Origin: an uncultured Gemmatimonadales bacterium
Lineage (GTDB): Bacteria > Gemmatimonadota > Gemmatimonadetes > Longimicrobiales > RSA9
Reading direction: 5' to 3'
Assembly (NCBI GenBank): GCA_963708135.1
Contig: OY970192.1
Span: 224,001 to 288,000, forward strand
Length of the DNA stretch: 64,000 nt
This document shows positions 37,433 to 46,125 of the stretch, in pieces (the stretch's first letter is position 1; the number at the start of each line of letters is the position of its first letter). Below the pieces are notes generated by a model. That model did not search any database. It was not told the DNA's origin and saw only the letters and a program-made list of their open reading frames with translations. A program made the position numbers and the translations under genes.

Positions 37433-38293
37433 ATGGCACCGCTTCCCCTGGTCCTGCTCGTCCTGCTCGCGGCGCTCGCCGGCGCCGGCGCGGCGTTGTG
37501 GCTCGCCGGCCGGCGGCGGCAGGGCCGCGCGCTCTACCGCGCCGAGCTCGAGAAGGCGCTCGAGGACGGCGTGCTGACGCCGGAGGAGCGGGCGCAGCTC
37601 GACCGCGTCCGGGTGGAGCGCGACCTGAGCGAGGCGGAGGTGCGGCTCGCGGCGCTGGCGCTGTACCGGCGCGCGCTCGGCGAGGCGATGGCGGACTCCC
37701 GGGTGACGGCGGAGGAAGACCGCGCGCTGGCGCGGCTGCAGGCGCAGCTCGGCCTCACCGACGCGGACCTCGCCCCCGAACGCGGCCATATCGAGCGGCT
37801 GCACCTCCTCGCCCGGCTCGAGCGCGGCGTCCTGCCGGTCGTGGGCTCGCCGGTGGCCCTCTCGCCCGGCGACACGGCCCACTGGGTGGTGCACGCCACC
37901 TTCTGCGAGTGGCTCGGCTTGCCCGGCAGGGGACGCGCCGAGCCGGCCCACCTCGGCTTCGATGTGGAGGACACGCAGCCGTTCCACGCCGACGGCCCGC
38001 GTGGCTCGCTCGGCTCCAACCCGCACGTGTTGCCGGTGGACCTGGGTGTCCTGGTCGTGACCGGCCGCGCCCTTCTCTTCCGCGGCGCCAAGCGGCGCCT
38101 CGACGTGCCTTACGCCCGCTTCGTCCGGCTGTCGCTCTACCGCGACGGCATCCGCGCGACGCTCGCCGGTCCCGCCACCGGCTTCTCCTTCCTCACCGCC
38201 GACCCCGAGCTCACCGCCGCGGTGCTGCTCCGCGCCGCGCGCAACAGCCGCCAGGACGACGCCCCGGCGCTCCGCCCCCGCACCACCGCCTGA
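37433..38293 (+). CDS. Hypothetical membrane-anchored protein
   Basis: N-terminal TM helix; two DG/DS-v-T-EE..L helical repeats; C-terminal GVLVVT..LLF.G beta region; GC3-rich codons. Confidence 0.7.
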   Translation: MAPLPLVLLVLLAALAGAGAALWLAGRRRQGRALYRAELEKALEDGVLTPEERAQLDRVRVERDLSEAEVRLAALALYRRALGEAMADSRVTAEEDRALARLQAQLGLTDADLAPERGHIERLHLLARLERGVLPVVGSPVALSPGDTAHWVVHATFCEWLGLPGRGRAEPAHLGFDVEDTQPFHADGPRGSLGSNPHVLPVDLGVLVVTGRALLFRGAKRRLDVPYARFVRLSLYRDGIRATLAGPATGFSFLTADPELTAAVLLRAARNSRQDDAPALRPRTTA

Positions 38294-38434
38294 GCCGTTC
38301 GACGATCTCGCCGGCCTCCGCTGACGGACCAGCGCGGGCGGCGGCCGGGCGACTGTGGGCCGCCCCGGCCAGCGGGCACGCCTCGTGCGAATCCCGTCCG
38401 CCGGCGAAGGGGCGAAGGATGGAAAGGAGCAGTC

Positions 38435-38836
38435 ATGAAGGATACACTGCAGCGGTACTCCGAGGGGCACCGCGTGGAAGCGCTCGCGGAGCTCCGGGCG
38501 GAGCTGCGGGAATTCAGCCACGATGGGCTGATCGAGTTGCGTGAGGACCTGAGCCGGGGCGCGGTGGTGCGGGGCAGCTGGGCGGGGTGCGTGATCTCCT
38601 ACAAGCGCGGCGCCCCCGGCTCGGCTCGCCGGGACCGGATGGGACGGGCCCGGAATGCCTTCACGGTCCTCTGGGACAACGGGTGGCTCACGGACGAGGA
38701 GGTGGTGGGGCTGGTCGGGGACGAGCTGGGCCGGCGACGCCGCCCGCTCGAGCGCCCCGCGCCCGACGTCGCCCGCGCGCCCGAGGTGTGGCCGGCGGGG
38801 ATCGCCGTCGCCATGGACGAGCCGGACGAGCCATAG
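38435..38836 (+). CDS. Hypothetical protein (133 aa)
   Basis: AAAGGAG RBS; natural-looking composition; sigma54-like element at 38374-38388. Confidence 0.65.
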   Translation: MKDTLQRYSEGHRVEALAELRAELREFSHDGLIELREDLSRGAVVRGSWAGCVISYKRGAPGSARRDRMGRARNAFTVLWDNGWLTDEEVVGLVGDELGRRRRPLERPAPDVARAPEVWPAGIAVAMDEPDEP

Positions 38837-38912
38837 CGCCTCGCGTGGCGGCGTGGCGGCTGCGATATTGGGGGGGGCAGCCGTCTCGCCGATCCGGCTC
38901 AGGAGTCCCCTC

Positions 38913-39393
38913 GTGTCCGACTCTGTCCACCCGTACCGCCGCCTCCTGCTCGCGGCGCTCGCGTTTCTCGTCGCCGCGTTCGTGGGGGTCGAGTTGTGGC
39001 GCGAGCTCGGCCCCAAGCGCGTCTCGGGCCTGGTTTACGACTGCGCGACGAAGCACCCGGTTCCCGGCGCCTCCGTCGAGTTGTGGCAGCAGACCTTCCT
39101 TACCTGGGACCGCCTCTTCAAGTACCGCGGGACCTCGGATGCCGACGGCCGCTTCACCATCGCCTACGGCGTGGGCCACGCCGTGAAAGCCCGGGCCACC
39201 AAGGACGGCTACCTGCTGGCGGAGAGTTTCGGCTATCCGTCGGAGCAGCTCCGGATCGGTCTGCGGCGTTCTGCCCCCGGACAGAGTCCCCTCGAGTCGA
39301 ACCCGCCATTGCAGGCTGCTGTCCTCCTGCATAGCGACGACCACGCGGAACGGCGTGACCGTCGCCCGCGACACCTGCAACGGCGATCCCTAG
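38913..39393 (+). pseudogene. Membrane-anchored carboxypeptidase-regulatory-like domain protein, apparently frameshifted near 39300
   Basis: AGGAG RBS plus GTG; TM helix; VSG.V.D.AT..PVPGASV..TSDADGRF; last ~30 codons read better in the +1 frame, ending at TAG 39391-39393. Confidence 0.5.
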
Positions 39394-40565
39394 TGTAGCG
39401 TCCGACAAATAGTTTGACACAAGGAGGCGCCGGGCGTATCCTTGCGCCATGGCGCGACCTGTGTCCAAGATCGAGACCACCGACGCCGAACGGCAAGAGC
39501 TTGAGCGGCGTGTGAAGGCGCCCAGCGTGTCCAAGCGCGACAGCCTTCGTGCCGCCATCGTGCTGCGGCGCGGGCGCGGTCTCGGCCAGGTGCAGGTGGC
39601 GCGGGAGCTGGGCGTGAGCGCCGCGTGCGTCAACAAGTGGTCCCAACGCTTCGAGCGCGAAGGCCTGGACGGCCTGAAGGATCGAAAAGGACGGGGCCGG
39701 CGCCCCTCGATCCCGGCGCACAAGGTGGAGCAGGTCATCACGCGGGCGACTCGGCCGCCCAAGCCGTGCACGCGTTGGAGTGTGCGCACGATGGCCCGTG
39801 AGGTCGGGATCTCGCCGGACAGCGTGCACCGGATCTGGCGGGCAAACGAGATCAAGCCGCACCTGACGCAGACGTTCAAGCTGTCGAACGATCCGCGCTT
39901 CGAGGAGAAGTTCTGGGACGTGATCGGGCTGTATCTCGATCCGCCCGAGAGGGCGCTGGTCCTGTGTTGTGACGAGAAGAGCCAGTGCCAGGCCTTGGAG
40001 CGCACCCAACCGGGCTTACCCCTCGGCGTCGGGGAGATTCGCACCAAGACCCACGACTACACCCGCCACGGCACCATCACGCTGTTTGCTGCACTGAACT
40101 ACCTCGACGGCAAATTGATCGCGCGCACGGAAGAGCGTCACACGCACGTCGAGTGGCTTCGCTTCCTCAAGCAGATCGATCGGGAGACGCCCAAGGATCT
40201 CGATCTACACCTCGTCGTGGACAATTACTGCACGCACAAGCAAGAGAGCGTAACCCAGTGGCTTGCGAAGCATCCGCGCTTCCACCTTCACTTCACGCCG
40301 ACCAGCTCGTCCTGGTTGAATCTCGTCGAGCGCTTCTTCGGAGAGCTGACGCAGGACGTGATTCGGGAGGGCAGCTTCTCCAGCGTACGCGAGCTGGTGA
40401 GTGACATCGAGAGCTACTTGGCCGAACGAAAGCTCCATCCCAAGCCGTACCGGTGGCGAGCCAAAGGCGAGGACATCTTGCGCAAGATCCAGCGTGCACG
40501 CGAGGCGCTCACCGCAGTACGCTCGGAGTCTTGTTAAATCAACTCAATTGGCAGACACTACACTA
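39391..40565 (+). mobile_element. IS630 family insertion sequence, including duplicated TA target
   Basis: Imperfect terminal IRs TAGTGTAGCGTCCGACAAAT / revcomp TAGTGTAGTGTCTGCCAATT; inserted in CTAG; visibly lower GC. Confidence 0.93.
39449..40537 (+). CDS. IS630 family transposase
   Basis: N-terminal HTH; CDEK, VDNY..HK, SWLNLVERFF (DDE triad); uninterrupted. Confidence 0.95.
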   Translation: MARPVSKIETTDAERQELERRVKAPSVSKRDSLRAAIVLRRGRGLGQVQVARELGVSAACVNKWSQRFEREGLDGLKDRKGRGRRPSIPAHKVEQVITRATRPPKPCTRWSVRTMAREVGISPDSVHRIWRANEIKPHLTQTFKLSNDPRFEEKFWDVIGLYLDPPERALVLCCDEKSQCQALERTQPGLPLGVGEIRTKTHDYTRHGTITLFAALNYLDGKLIARTEERHTHVEWLRFLKQIDRETPKDLDLHLVVDNYCTHKQESVTQWLAKHPRFHLHFTPTSSSWLNLVERFFGELTQDVIREGSFSSVRELVSDIESYLAERKLHPKPYRWRAKGEDILRKIQRAREALTAVRSESC

Positions 40566-40621
40566 GACCTAGGGAGCCTGGCCCTCCGCAGCGTCCCGAA
40601 CCCCGACTCCCGGCCGAGCCC

Positions 40622-41842
40622 CTATTCCAGCGTGCGCCGGAACTGCCGCGTCGCCAGCGCCAGCACGCCGACGGCCATGCCGGCGAGCCACGCGAGCTGC
40701 GGCCAGAGGTCCAGCGGGCCCTCCCCCTTCAGGAAGATCCCGCGCACGATCACCAGGAAATGCCGGATCGGGTTCAGCAGCGTGAGCTCGCGGAACAGCC
40801 ACGGCATGGTTTCGATCGGGTACATGAAGCCGGACAGGATGATGAGCGGCATGAAGAGGAGGAACATCCCCATGAAGGCCTCCTGCTGGGTGTGCGAGAG
40901 GGTCGACACCAGCAGGCCGAAGCCGAGCGCGGCCAGGATGTAGAGGGTGGCGGCGCCGAGCAGGAGGAGGACGCTGCCGCGCAGCGGGATGTGGAACCAG
41001 AAGATCGAGACGGCGGTGATCAGCGCCAGGTCGATGAAGGCGATGATGGCCACGGGCACCGTCTTGCCCAGGATCAGCTCCGTGGCGGAGAGCGGGCTCA
41101 CCATGAGCTGCTCGAGGGTGCCCATCTCGCGCTCGCGCACCACGGAGAGCGCGGTGAGCAGGAGCGACATCAGCATGAGGATGGTGGCGAGCACGCCCGG
41201 CACGTTGTAGACGCGGCTCTCGAGCGAGGGGTTGAACCAGGCGCGGGCGCGCAGGTCGACGCCCTCCGGGATCCGCATGCCGTGGTCCTCGGCGTAGGCC
41301 AGGCCGAAGCGCCGCACGATCTGCGTGAGGTAGCCCTGGGCCACGGTGGCTGTGTTGGAGCTCGTGCCGTCGATGAGCATCTGCACGACGGCGCCGCGGC
41401 CGGCGGCCAGGTCGCGGGCGAAGCCCCGCGGGATCTCGAGCCCGACCACGGCGTGGTTGCCGTCCAGCGCGCGCGCCATGTCGGCGGGGCGCTCGCTCCG
41501 GCCGGCCACGCGGAAGTAGCCGCCCGCCGTGACCGCGTCCACCAGCCGCCTCGCCTCGGCGGTGTGGTCGAGGTCCACGACGTAGAGCGCCGCATTCCGC
41601 ACGTCCGTGTTGACGGCGTAGCCGAAGAGCAGGAGCTGGAGCACCGGGGCGACGAAGACGATCCGCTTCATCTTCGGGTCGCGGAAGATCTGACGCAGCT
41701 CCTTGCGGAGCATCTCGCGCACGCGCAGCGCGGACTCCCGCAGGCGACGTCGCCGTCCGCCACCCGCCATGCCCGCCGCGTCCCGCGCGGGCGGGGCGAC
41801 GGTTCCGGGCGTGCTCGGCGGCCGCGGCGCGGTGCCGCTCAC
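40622..41842 (-). CDS. ABC-2 type exporter permease (YbhR-like)
   Basis: KELRQIFRD, VREREMGTLEQL.VSP; GTGA overlap with upstream gene; start may be slightly downstream. Confidence 0.9.
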   Translation of the reverse strand: MSGTAPRPPSTPGTVAPPARDAAGMAGGGRRRRLRESALRVREMLRKELRQIFRDPKMKRIVFVAPVLQLLLFGYAVNTDVRNAALYVVDLDHTAEARRLVDAVTAGGYFRVAGRSERPADMARALDGNHAVVGLEIPRGFARDLAAGRGAVVQMLIDGTSSNTATVAQGYLTQIVRRFGLAYAEDHGMRIPEGVDLRARAWFNPSLESRVYNVPGVLATILMLMSLLLTALSVVREREMGTLEQLMVSPLSATELILGKTVPVAIIAFIDLALITAVSIFWFHIPLRGSVLLLLGAATLYILAALGFGLLVSTLSHTQQEAFMGMFLLFMPLIILSGFMYPIETMPWLFRELTLLNPIRHFLVIVRGIFLKGEGPLDLWPQLAWLAGMAVGVLALATRQFRRTLE

Positions 41843-42963
41843 GCGAGCTCCTTGCGGAACGCGTACGTCGCCAGACCGAGGCCGACGGCGGCGAAGGCGA
41901 TCATGAATGCGCCCTGCACCCAGAGCACCTCGGCGCCCACGCCCTTGAGGAAGATGCCGCGCGTGACGGTGACGAAGTAGCGGGCGGGCACGAGGTAGGT
42001 GATCAGGCGCAGCGGCAGCGGCATGCTGGCGATGTCGAACATGAAGCCGGAGAGGAGCACGGCCGGGAGGAACGTCGCGAGCATGGCGGTCTGCGTGGCC
42101 AGCAGCTGCGAGCGCAGCGCGGCCGAGACGAAGATGCCGAGGCCGAGCGCGCCGAGCAGGAAGAGCAGCGTGAAGGCGGCCAGCAGCGGCAGGCTGCCGC
42201 GCAGCGGGACGCCGAAGATGAGGAGCCCCGCCACCGCCGTCAGCGCCACGTCGAAGAAGCCGATGGCCAGGTAGGGGATCAGCTTGCCGAGGACCACCTC
42301 GAGCCGGCCCACGGGCGTGGCCGCCAGCTGCTCCATGGTGCCGCGCTCCCACTCGCGCGCCACGGTGAGCGCCGTGAGCATGGCGGCGATGACGGTCATG
42401 ACCACGGCGATCAGCCCGGGCACGACCATCCAGCGGCTCTCCAGCCGCGGGTTGTACCAGATGCGCGACTCGGCCCGCACCGGGATCTGCACGGTCCGGC
42501 CCTTCAGCACCACGGCGCGCGACCAGCCGGCCACGATGGCCTGCGCGTAGTTCAGCGCGATCGTGGCCGTGTTGGCGTCGCCGCCATCGAGCAGCAGCTG
42601 CACCCGGGCACCGCGGCCCGCCGCCAGGTCCTTCGCGAAGCCGGGCGGGATGACGAGCGCGCCCAGCACGTCGCCGTGCTCGAGCGGACGGTCGATCCCG
42701 GCGTAGCTGTCCAGCCGGTCCACCACGCTGAAGTAGCCGCTGGCCTCGAACGCCTGCACCAGCGCCCGGCTCCGCTGCGTCACGTCCTGGTCGAGCAGCG
42801 CCAGCTTGATGTCCTTCACGTCCCACGTGATGGCGAAGCCGAAGAAGATGAGCAGCAGGATCGGCAGCAGGAAGGCGAGCGCCATGCTGCGCGGGTCGCG
42901 CCGCAGCTGGATCCACTCCTTCCGCGCCATGGCGCCCAGGCGGCGGCGATCGAGCATGCTCAC
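41839..42963 (-). CDS. ABC-2 type exporter permease (YbhS-like)
   Basis: KEWIQLRRD, AREWERGTMEQL..TP. Confidence 0.9.
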   Translation of the reverse strand: MSMLDRRRLGAMARKEWIQLRRDPRSMALAFLLPILLLIFFGFAITWDVKDIKLALLDQDVTQRSRALVQAFEASGYFSVVDRLDSYAGIDRPLEHGDVLGALVIPPGFAKDLAAGRGARVQLLLDGGDANTATIALNYAQAIVAGWSRAVVLKGRTVQIPVRAESRIWYNPRLESRWMVVPGLIAVVMTVIAAMLTALTVAREWERGTMEQLAATPVGRLEVVLGKLIPYLAIGFFDVALTAVAGLLIFGVPLRGSLPLLAAFTLLFLLGALGLGIFVSAALRSQLLATQTAMLATFLPAVLLSGFMFDIASMPLPLRLITYLVPARYFVTVTRGIFLKGVGAEVLWVQGAFMIAFAAVGLGLATYAFRKELA

Positions 42964-43898
42964 CCCTCCACCGCGCCGCCCTCGCGGCGCACCAGGGCGA
43001 CGAACACGTCCTCGAGCGACGGGCGCACCGCCTTGATCTCGCGCACCGTGCATCCGGCGTCGGCGAGGCGCGCGGCGACGACGGCGCGGTCGGCGGCCTC
43101 GTCGCTTACCGCCACGTGCACGGCGCGTCCGAACAGCGAGGCCTCCACCACGCCCGGCGTGCCCTGGAGCGCCTCCACCGCGCGCGGCGCATCGTCCACC
43201 GCGACCTCGAGGAGCGGCAGGTCCACCCCCGCGCGCAGCGCCTGCGGCGCGTCCAGCGCGATGAGCCGGCCGCGGTTCATGAGCGCCAGCCGGCGGCAGT
43301 ACTCGGCCTCCTCCATGTAGTGCGTGCTCACGAGCACCGTGGTGCCGCCCTCCGACAGGCCGTTGATCAGGTCCCAGAACGCGCGCCGCGCCACGGGATC
43401 GACGCCCGAGGTGGGCTCGTCCAGGAACAGCACGGCCGGCTCGTGCAGCACCGCGCAGCCGAGCGCGAGCCGCTGCTTGAAGCCGAGCGGCAGGTCCCCC
43501 GTGAGCTGGCGCTCCTGCCCCTCGAGGCCCGCCATCGAGAGCACCCACGCGCGCCGCGCCGCCAGCCGCTCGCCCACCACGCCGTAGAGCCCCGCGAAGA
43601 GCGCGATGTTCTCGCCCACCGAGAGGTCCGGATAGAGCGAGAACTTCTGCGACATGTAGCCGATGCGGCGCCGGATCCGCTCGCCCTCGGTCGCGATGTC
43701 GAGCCCCGTGATCCGGCCCGTCCCCGACGTGGGCGGGAGCAGCCCGGTGAGCATCTTGATCGTCGTCGTCTTGCCCGCGCCGTTCGGGCCCAGAAAGCCG
43801 AAGATCTCGCCCTCCGCCACGTCGAAGCTGACGTGGTCCACGGCCGTGAAGTCGCCGAACTTCCGGGTCAGCTCGCGCACCTCGATGGCGTCAGCCAC
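42960..43898 (-). CDS. ABC transporter ATP-binding protein
   Basis: Walker A GPNGAGKT; LPLG signature variant; LFLDEPT. Confidence 0.93.
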   Translation of the reverse strand: MADAIEVRELTRKFGDFTAVDHVSFDVAEGEIFGFLGPNGAGKTTTIKMLTGLLPPTSGTGRITGLDIATEGERIRRRIGYMSQKFSLYPDLSVGENIALFAGLYGVVGERLAARRAWVLSMAGLEGQERQLTGDLPLGFKQRLALGCAVLHEPAVLFLDEPTSGVDPVARRAFWDLINGLSEGGTTVLVSTHYMEEAEYCRRLALMNRGRLIALDAPQALRAGVDLPLLEVAVDDAPRAVEALQGTPGVVEASLFGRAVHVAVSDEAADRAVVAARLADAGCTVREIKAVRPSLEDVFVALVRREGGAVEG

Positions 43899-44847
43899 GC
43901 CGGCCCGCCCCCGCCACCAGGTGGATGAACACGTCCTCGAGCGAGGGCGCCGTGGCCGCGTCCTCGTGGATGGCGACGCCGCCCGCCTCGAGCGCCGCGC
44001 GCGCCTCCGCCCACGCGGCGCCGGGACGGAGCAGCACGTGCACCGTGTCGCCGTAGAGGGACGCGCTCGCCACCTCGGGCCGCTTCCGCAGCAGGTCGCG
44101 CGCGCGGCGCGGCGCGTCCGTCCACACCGCCCGCAGCTCGCCCGTGAGCCGCGCCTGGAGCCCGGCCGGCGTATCCAGGGCGAGGATCCGGCCGTGGTCG
44201 AGGAGCGCCACCCGGTCGCAGCGCTCCGCCTCGTCCATGTACGACGTCGAAACCACCACGGTCACCCCCGCCGCCACCATCTCGTGCAGGATCAGCCACA
44301 GGTCGCGGCGCGAGATCGGGTCCACCCCGAATGTCGGCTCGTCCAGCAGCAGCACCTCCGGCTGGTGGATCAGCGCGCACGAGAGCGAGAGCTTCTGCTT
44401 CATCCCGCCCGACAGCTTGCCCGCCAGCCGGTCCTCGAAGGGGCCCAGCGCCGAGAAGCGGTAGAGCCGCTCGAGCCGCGCCGCGCGCTCCGCCCGCGGC
44501 ACGTGATAGAGATCCGCGTAGAAGTCCAGGTTCTCCCGCACCGTGAGGTCCTCGTACATCCCGAAGCGCTGCGCCATGTACGCGATGTGCGGCTTCACCC
44601 GCTCCGGCTCGCGCGCCACGCTCACGCCCTGGACGGTCGCATCGCCGGCCGTGGGGCGGAGCACCCCCGCCAGCATGCGGAGCGTCGTCGTCTTGCCCGC
44701 GCCGTCCGGGCCGACGATGCCGAACAGCTCCCCCGGCCGGACCTCGAGCGAAAGGCCGTCCACGGCGACCGCCTCGCCAAAGCGGCGCGTGAGGCGGTCG
44801 AGAACGACGGCGCTTGGCGCCGACGTGCCGATTGCCGCGTCACTCAT
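43891..44847 (-). CDS. ABC transporter ATP-binding protein
   Basis: GPDGAGKT, LSGGMKQK, LLLDEPT. Confidence 0.93.
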   Translation of the reverse strand: MSDAAIGTSAPSAVVLDRLTRRFGEAVAVDGLSLEVRPGELFGIVGPDGAGKTTTLRMLAGVLRPTAGDATVQGVSVAREPERVKPHIAYMAQRFGMYEDLTVRENLDFYADLYHVPRAERAARLERLYRFSALGPFEDRLAGKLSGGMKQKLSLSCALIHQPEVLLLDEPTFGVDPISRRDLWLILHEMVAAGVTVVVSTSYMDEAERCDRVALLDHGRILALDTPAGLQARLTGELRAVWTDAPRRARDLLRKRPEVASASLYGDTVHVLLRPGAAWAEARAALEAGGVAIHEDAATAPSLEDVFIHLVAGAGRRG

Positions 44848-45120
44848 CACGAGGCGCCTTGCGATCCCGGCGCCGGCCCACCTGCCGAGGACCGGCGCGC
44901 CTGACCTGCCGGGGACCGGCGCGCGTGACCCGCCGGGCGGCTGCTGCGGTGGGGAGGCCCTCTCCGGCCCTGCGAAACGCTCGGCCCACCGCAACCACTT
45001 CCACACCGCCCACCCCGCCACGTGCCTCGCGGACGGCAGTCCTCGGTCCTGCGAGGGCCTCCCCACCTCCGCGGAACGCCCGTGGCGACACGGCCGGCCG
45101 GTGGCGCGCCGGCCGGCGCA

Positions 45121-46125
45121 TCACCGCGCCGCCGTCTCGGCCGGCCGGATCAGGACGTCGGCCGGGACGCCGGGCTTCAGATCGCGCGCCGTGTCGCCGG
45201 CGATCGCGACCTTCACCTCGTAGACCAGCTTCACCCGCTCCTCCTCGGTCTGGACGTTCTTGGGCGTGAACTCCGCCTCGCTGGAGATGAAGCGGACGCG
45301 GCCGGGATAGGTGCGGTCGGGGTAGGCGTCGGAGCTGAGCGTGGCCGGCTCCCCCAGGTGCAGCCGGCCGACCTGGTCCTCCGGGACGTAGATACGGACC
45401 CAGCGGTCGGCCGGGTTCATGAGCGTGACCACCGGCGCCCCGGCCGAGACCGTCTCGCCCGGCTCGCGGTGGCGCACGGTGACGACGCCCGGGAAGGGGG
45501 CGCGGACGACGGCGTTGGCCAGCGTGGCGTCGATCTGCCGGACGTTCGCGCGCGCCTGCGCCACCATCGAGCGCTGCGCCTGCACCCGCTCGGCGCGCGG
45601 GCCGCGCTCGACCAGCCGGAGCTGCTCGAGCGCCTGCTCGTGCTGCGCCTCGGCCATGTCGGCGGCCGTCGTCGCCTTGTCCAGCGCCTCCTGGCTGAGC
45701 GCCCCGCCGCGCTGGAGGGTACGCGTGCGCTCGAGGTCCCTGCGGGCGTCGGCCAGCTTCTGCCGCGCCGAGAGCTCCGCCGCGCGCGCCTGCCGCACCT
45801 CCTCGGGGCGGGAGCCGTGCTCGAGCTCCGCGAGCTGCGCCTCCGCGGCGGCCTCCTGCGCCGCCGCGGCCGCGCGCCGGGCCGCGACCTCCGCCGTGTC
45901 CAGCACCGCCAGCACCTGGCCGCCGGCCACGGCGTCGCCCTCGTGCACCAGGATCTCCGCGATGCGCCCCGGCGCCTGGAAGCCCAGGTCCGCCTCGCGG
46001 GCCTCCACCGTGCCGGACGCGCTCACCTCCGAGGCCGGGCGGCCGCGCCGGAGCGCGAGGAACGCCACGGCCGCCCCGACGATCACCACGACGGCCAGGA
46101 TGGCCGCCCACCGCTTCCGGGTCAT
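45121..46125 (-). CDS. HlyD family periplasmic adaptor (YbhG-like)
   Basis: N-terminal TM; ASGTVE, V.EGD.V..GQ lipoyl halves; AEFTPKNVQT. Confidence 0.92.
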   Translation of the reverse strand: MTRKRWAAILAVVVIVGAAVAFLALRRGRPASEVSASGTVEAREADLGFQAPGRIAEILVHEGDAVAGGQVLAVLDTAEVAARRAAAAAQEAAAEAQLAELEHGSRPEEVRQARAAELSARQKLADARRDLERTRTLQRGGALSQEALDKATTAADMAEAQHEQALEQLRLVERGPRAERVQAQRSMVAQARANVRQIDATLANAVVRAPFPGVVTVRHREPGETVSAGAPVVTLMNPADRWVRIYVPEDQVGRLHLGEPATLSSDAYPDRTYPGRVRFISSEAEFTPKNVQTEEERVKLVYEVKVAIAGDTARDLKPGVPADVLIRPAETAAR

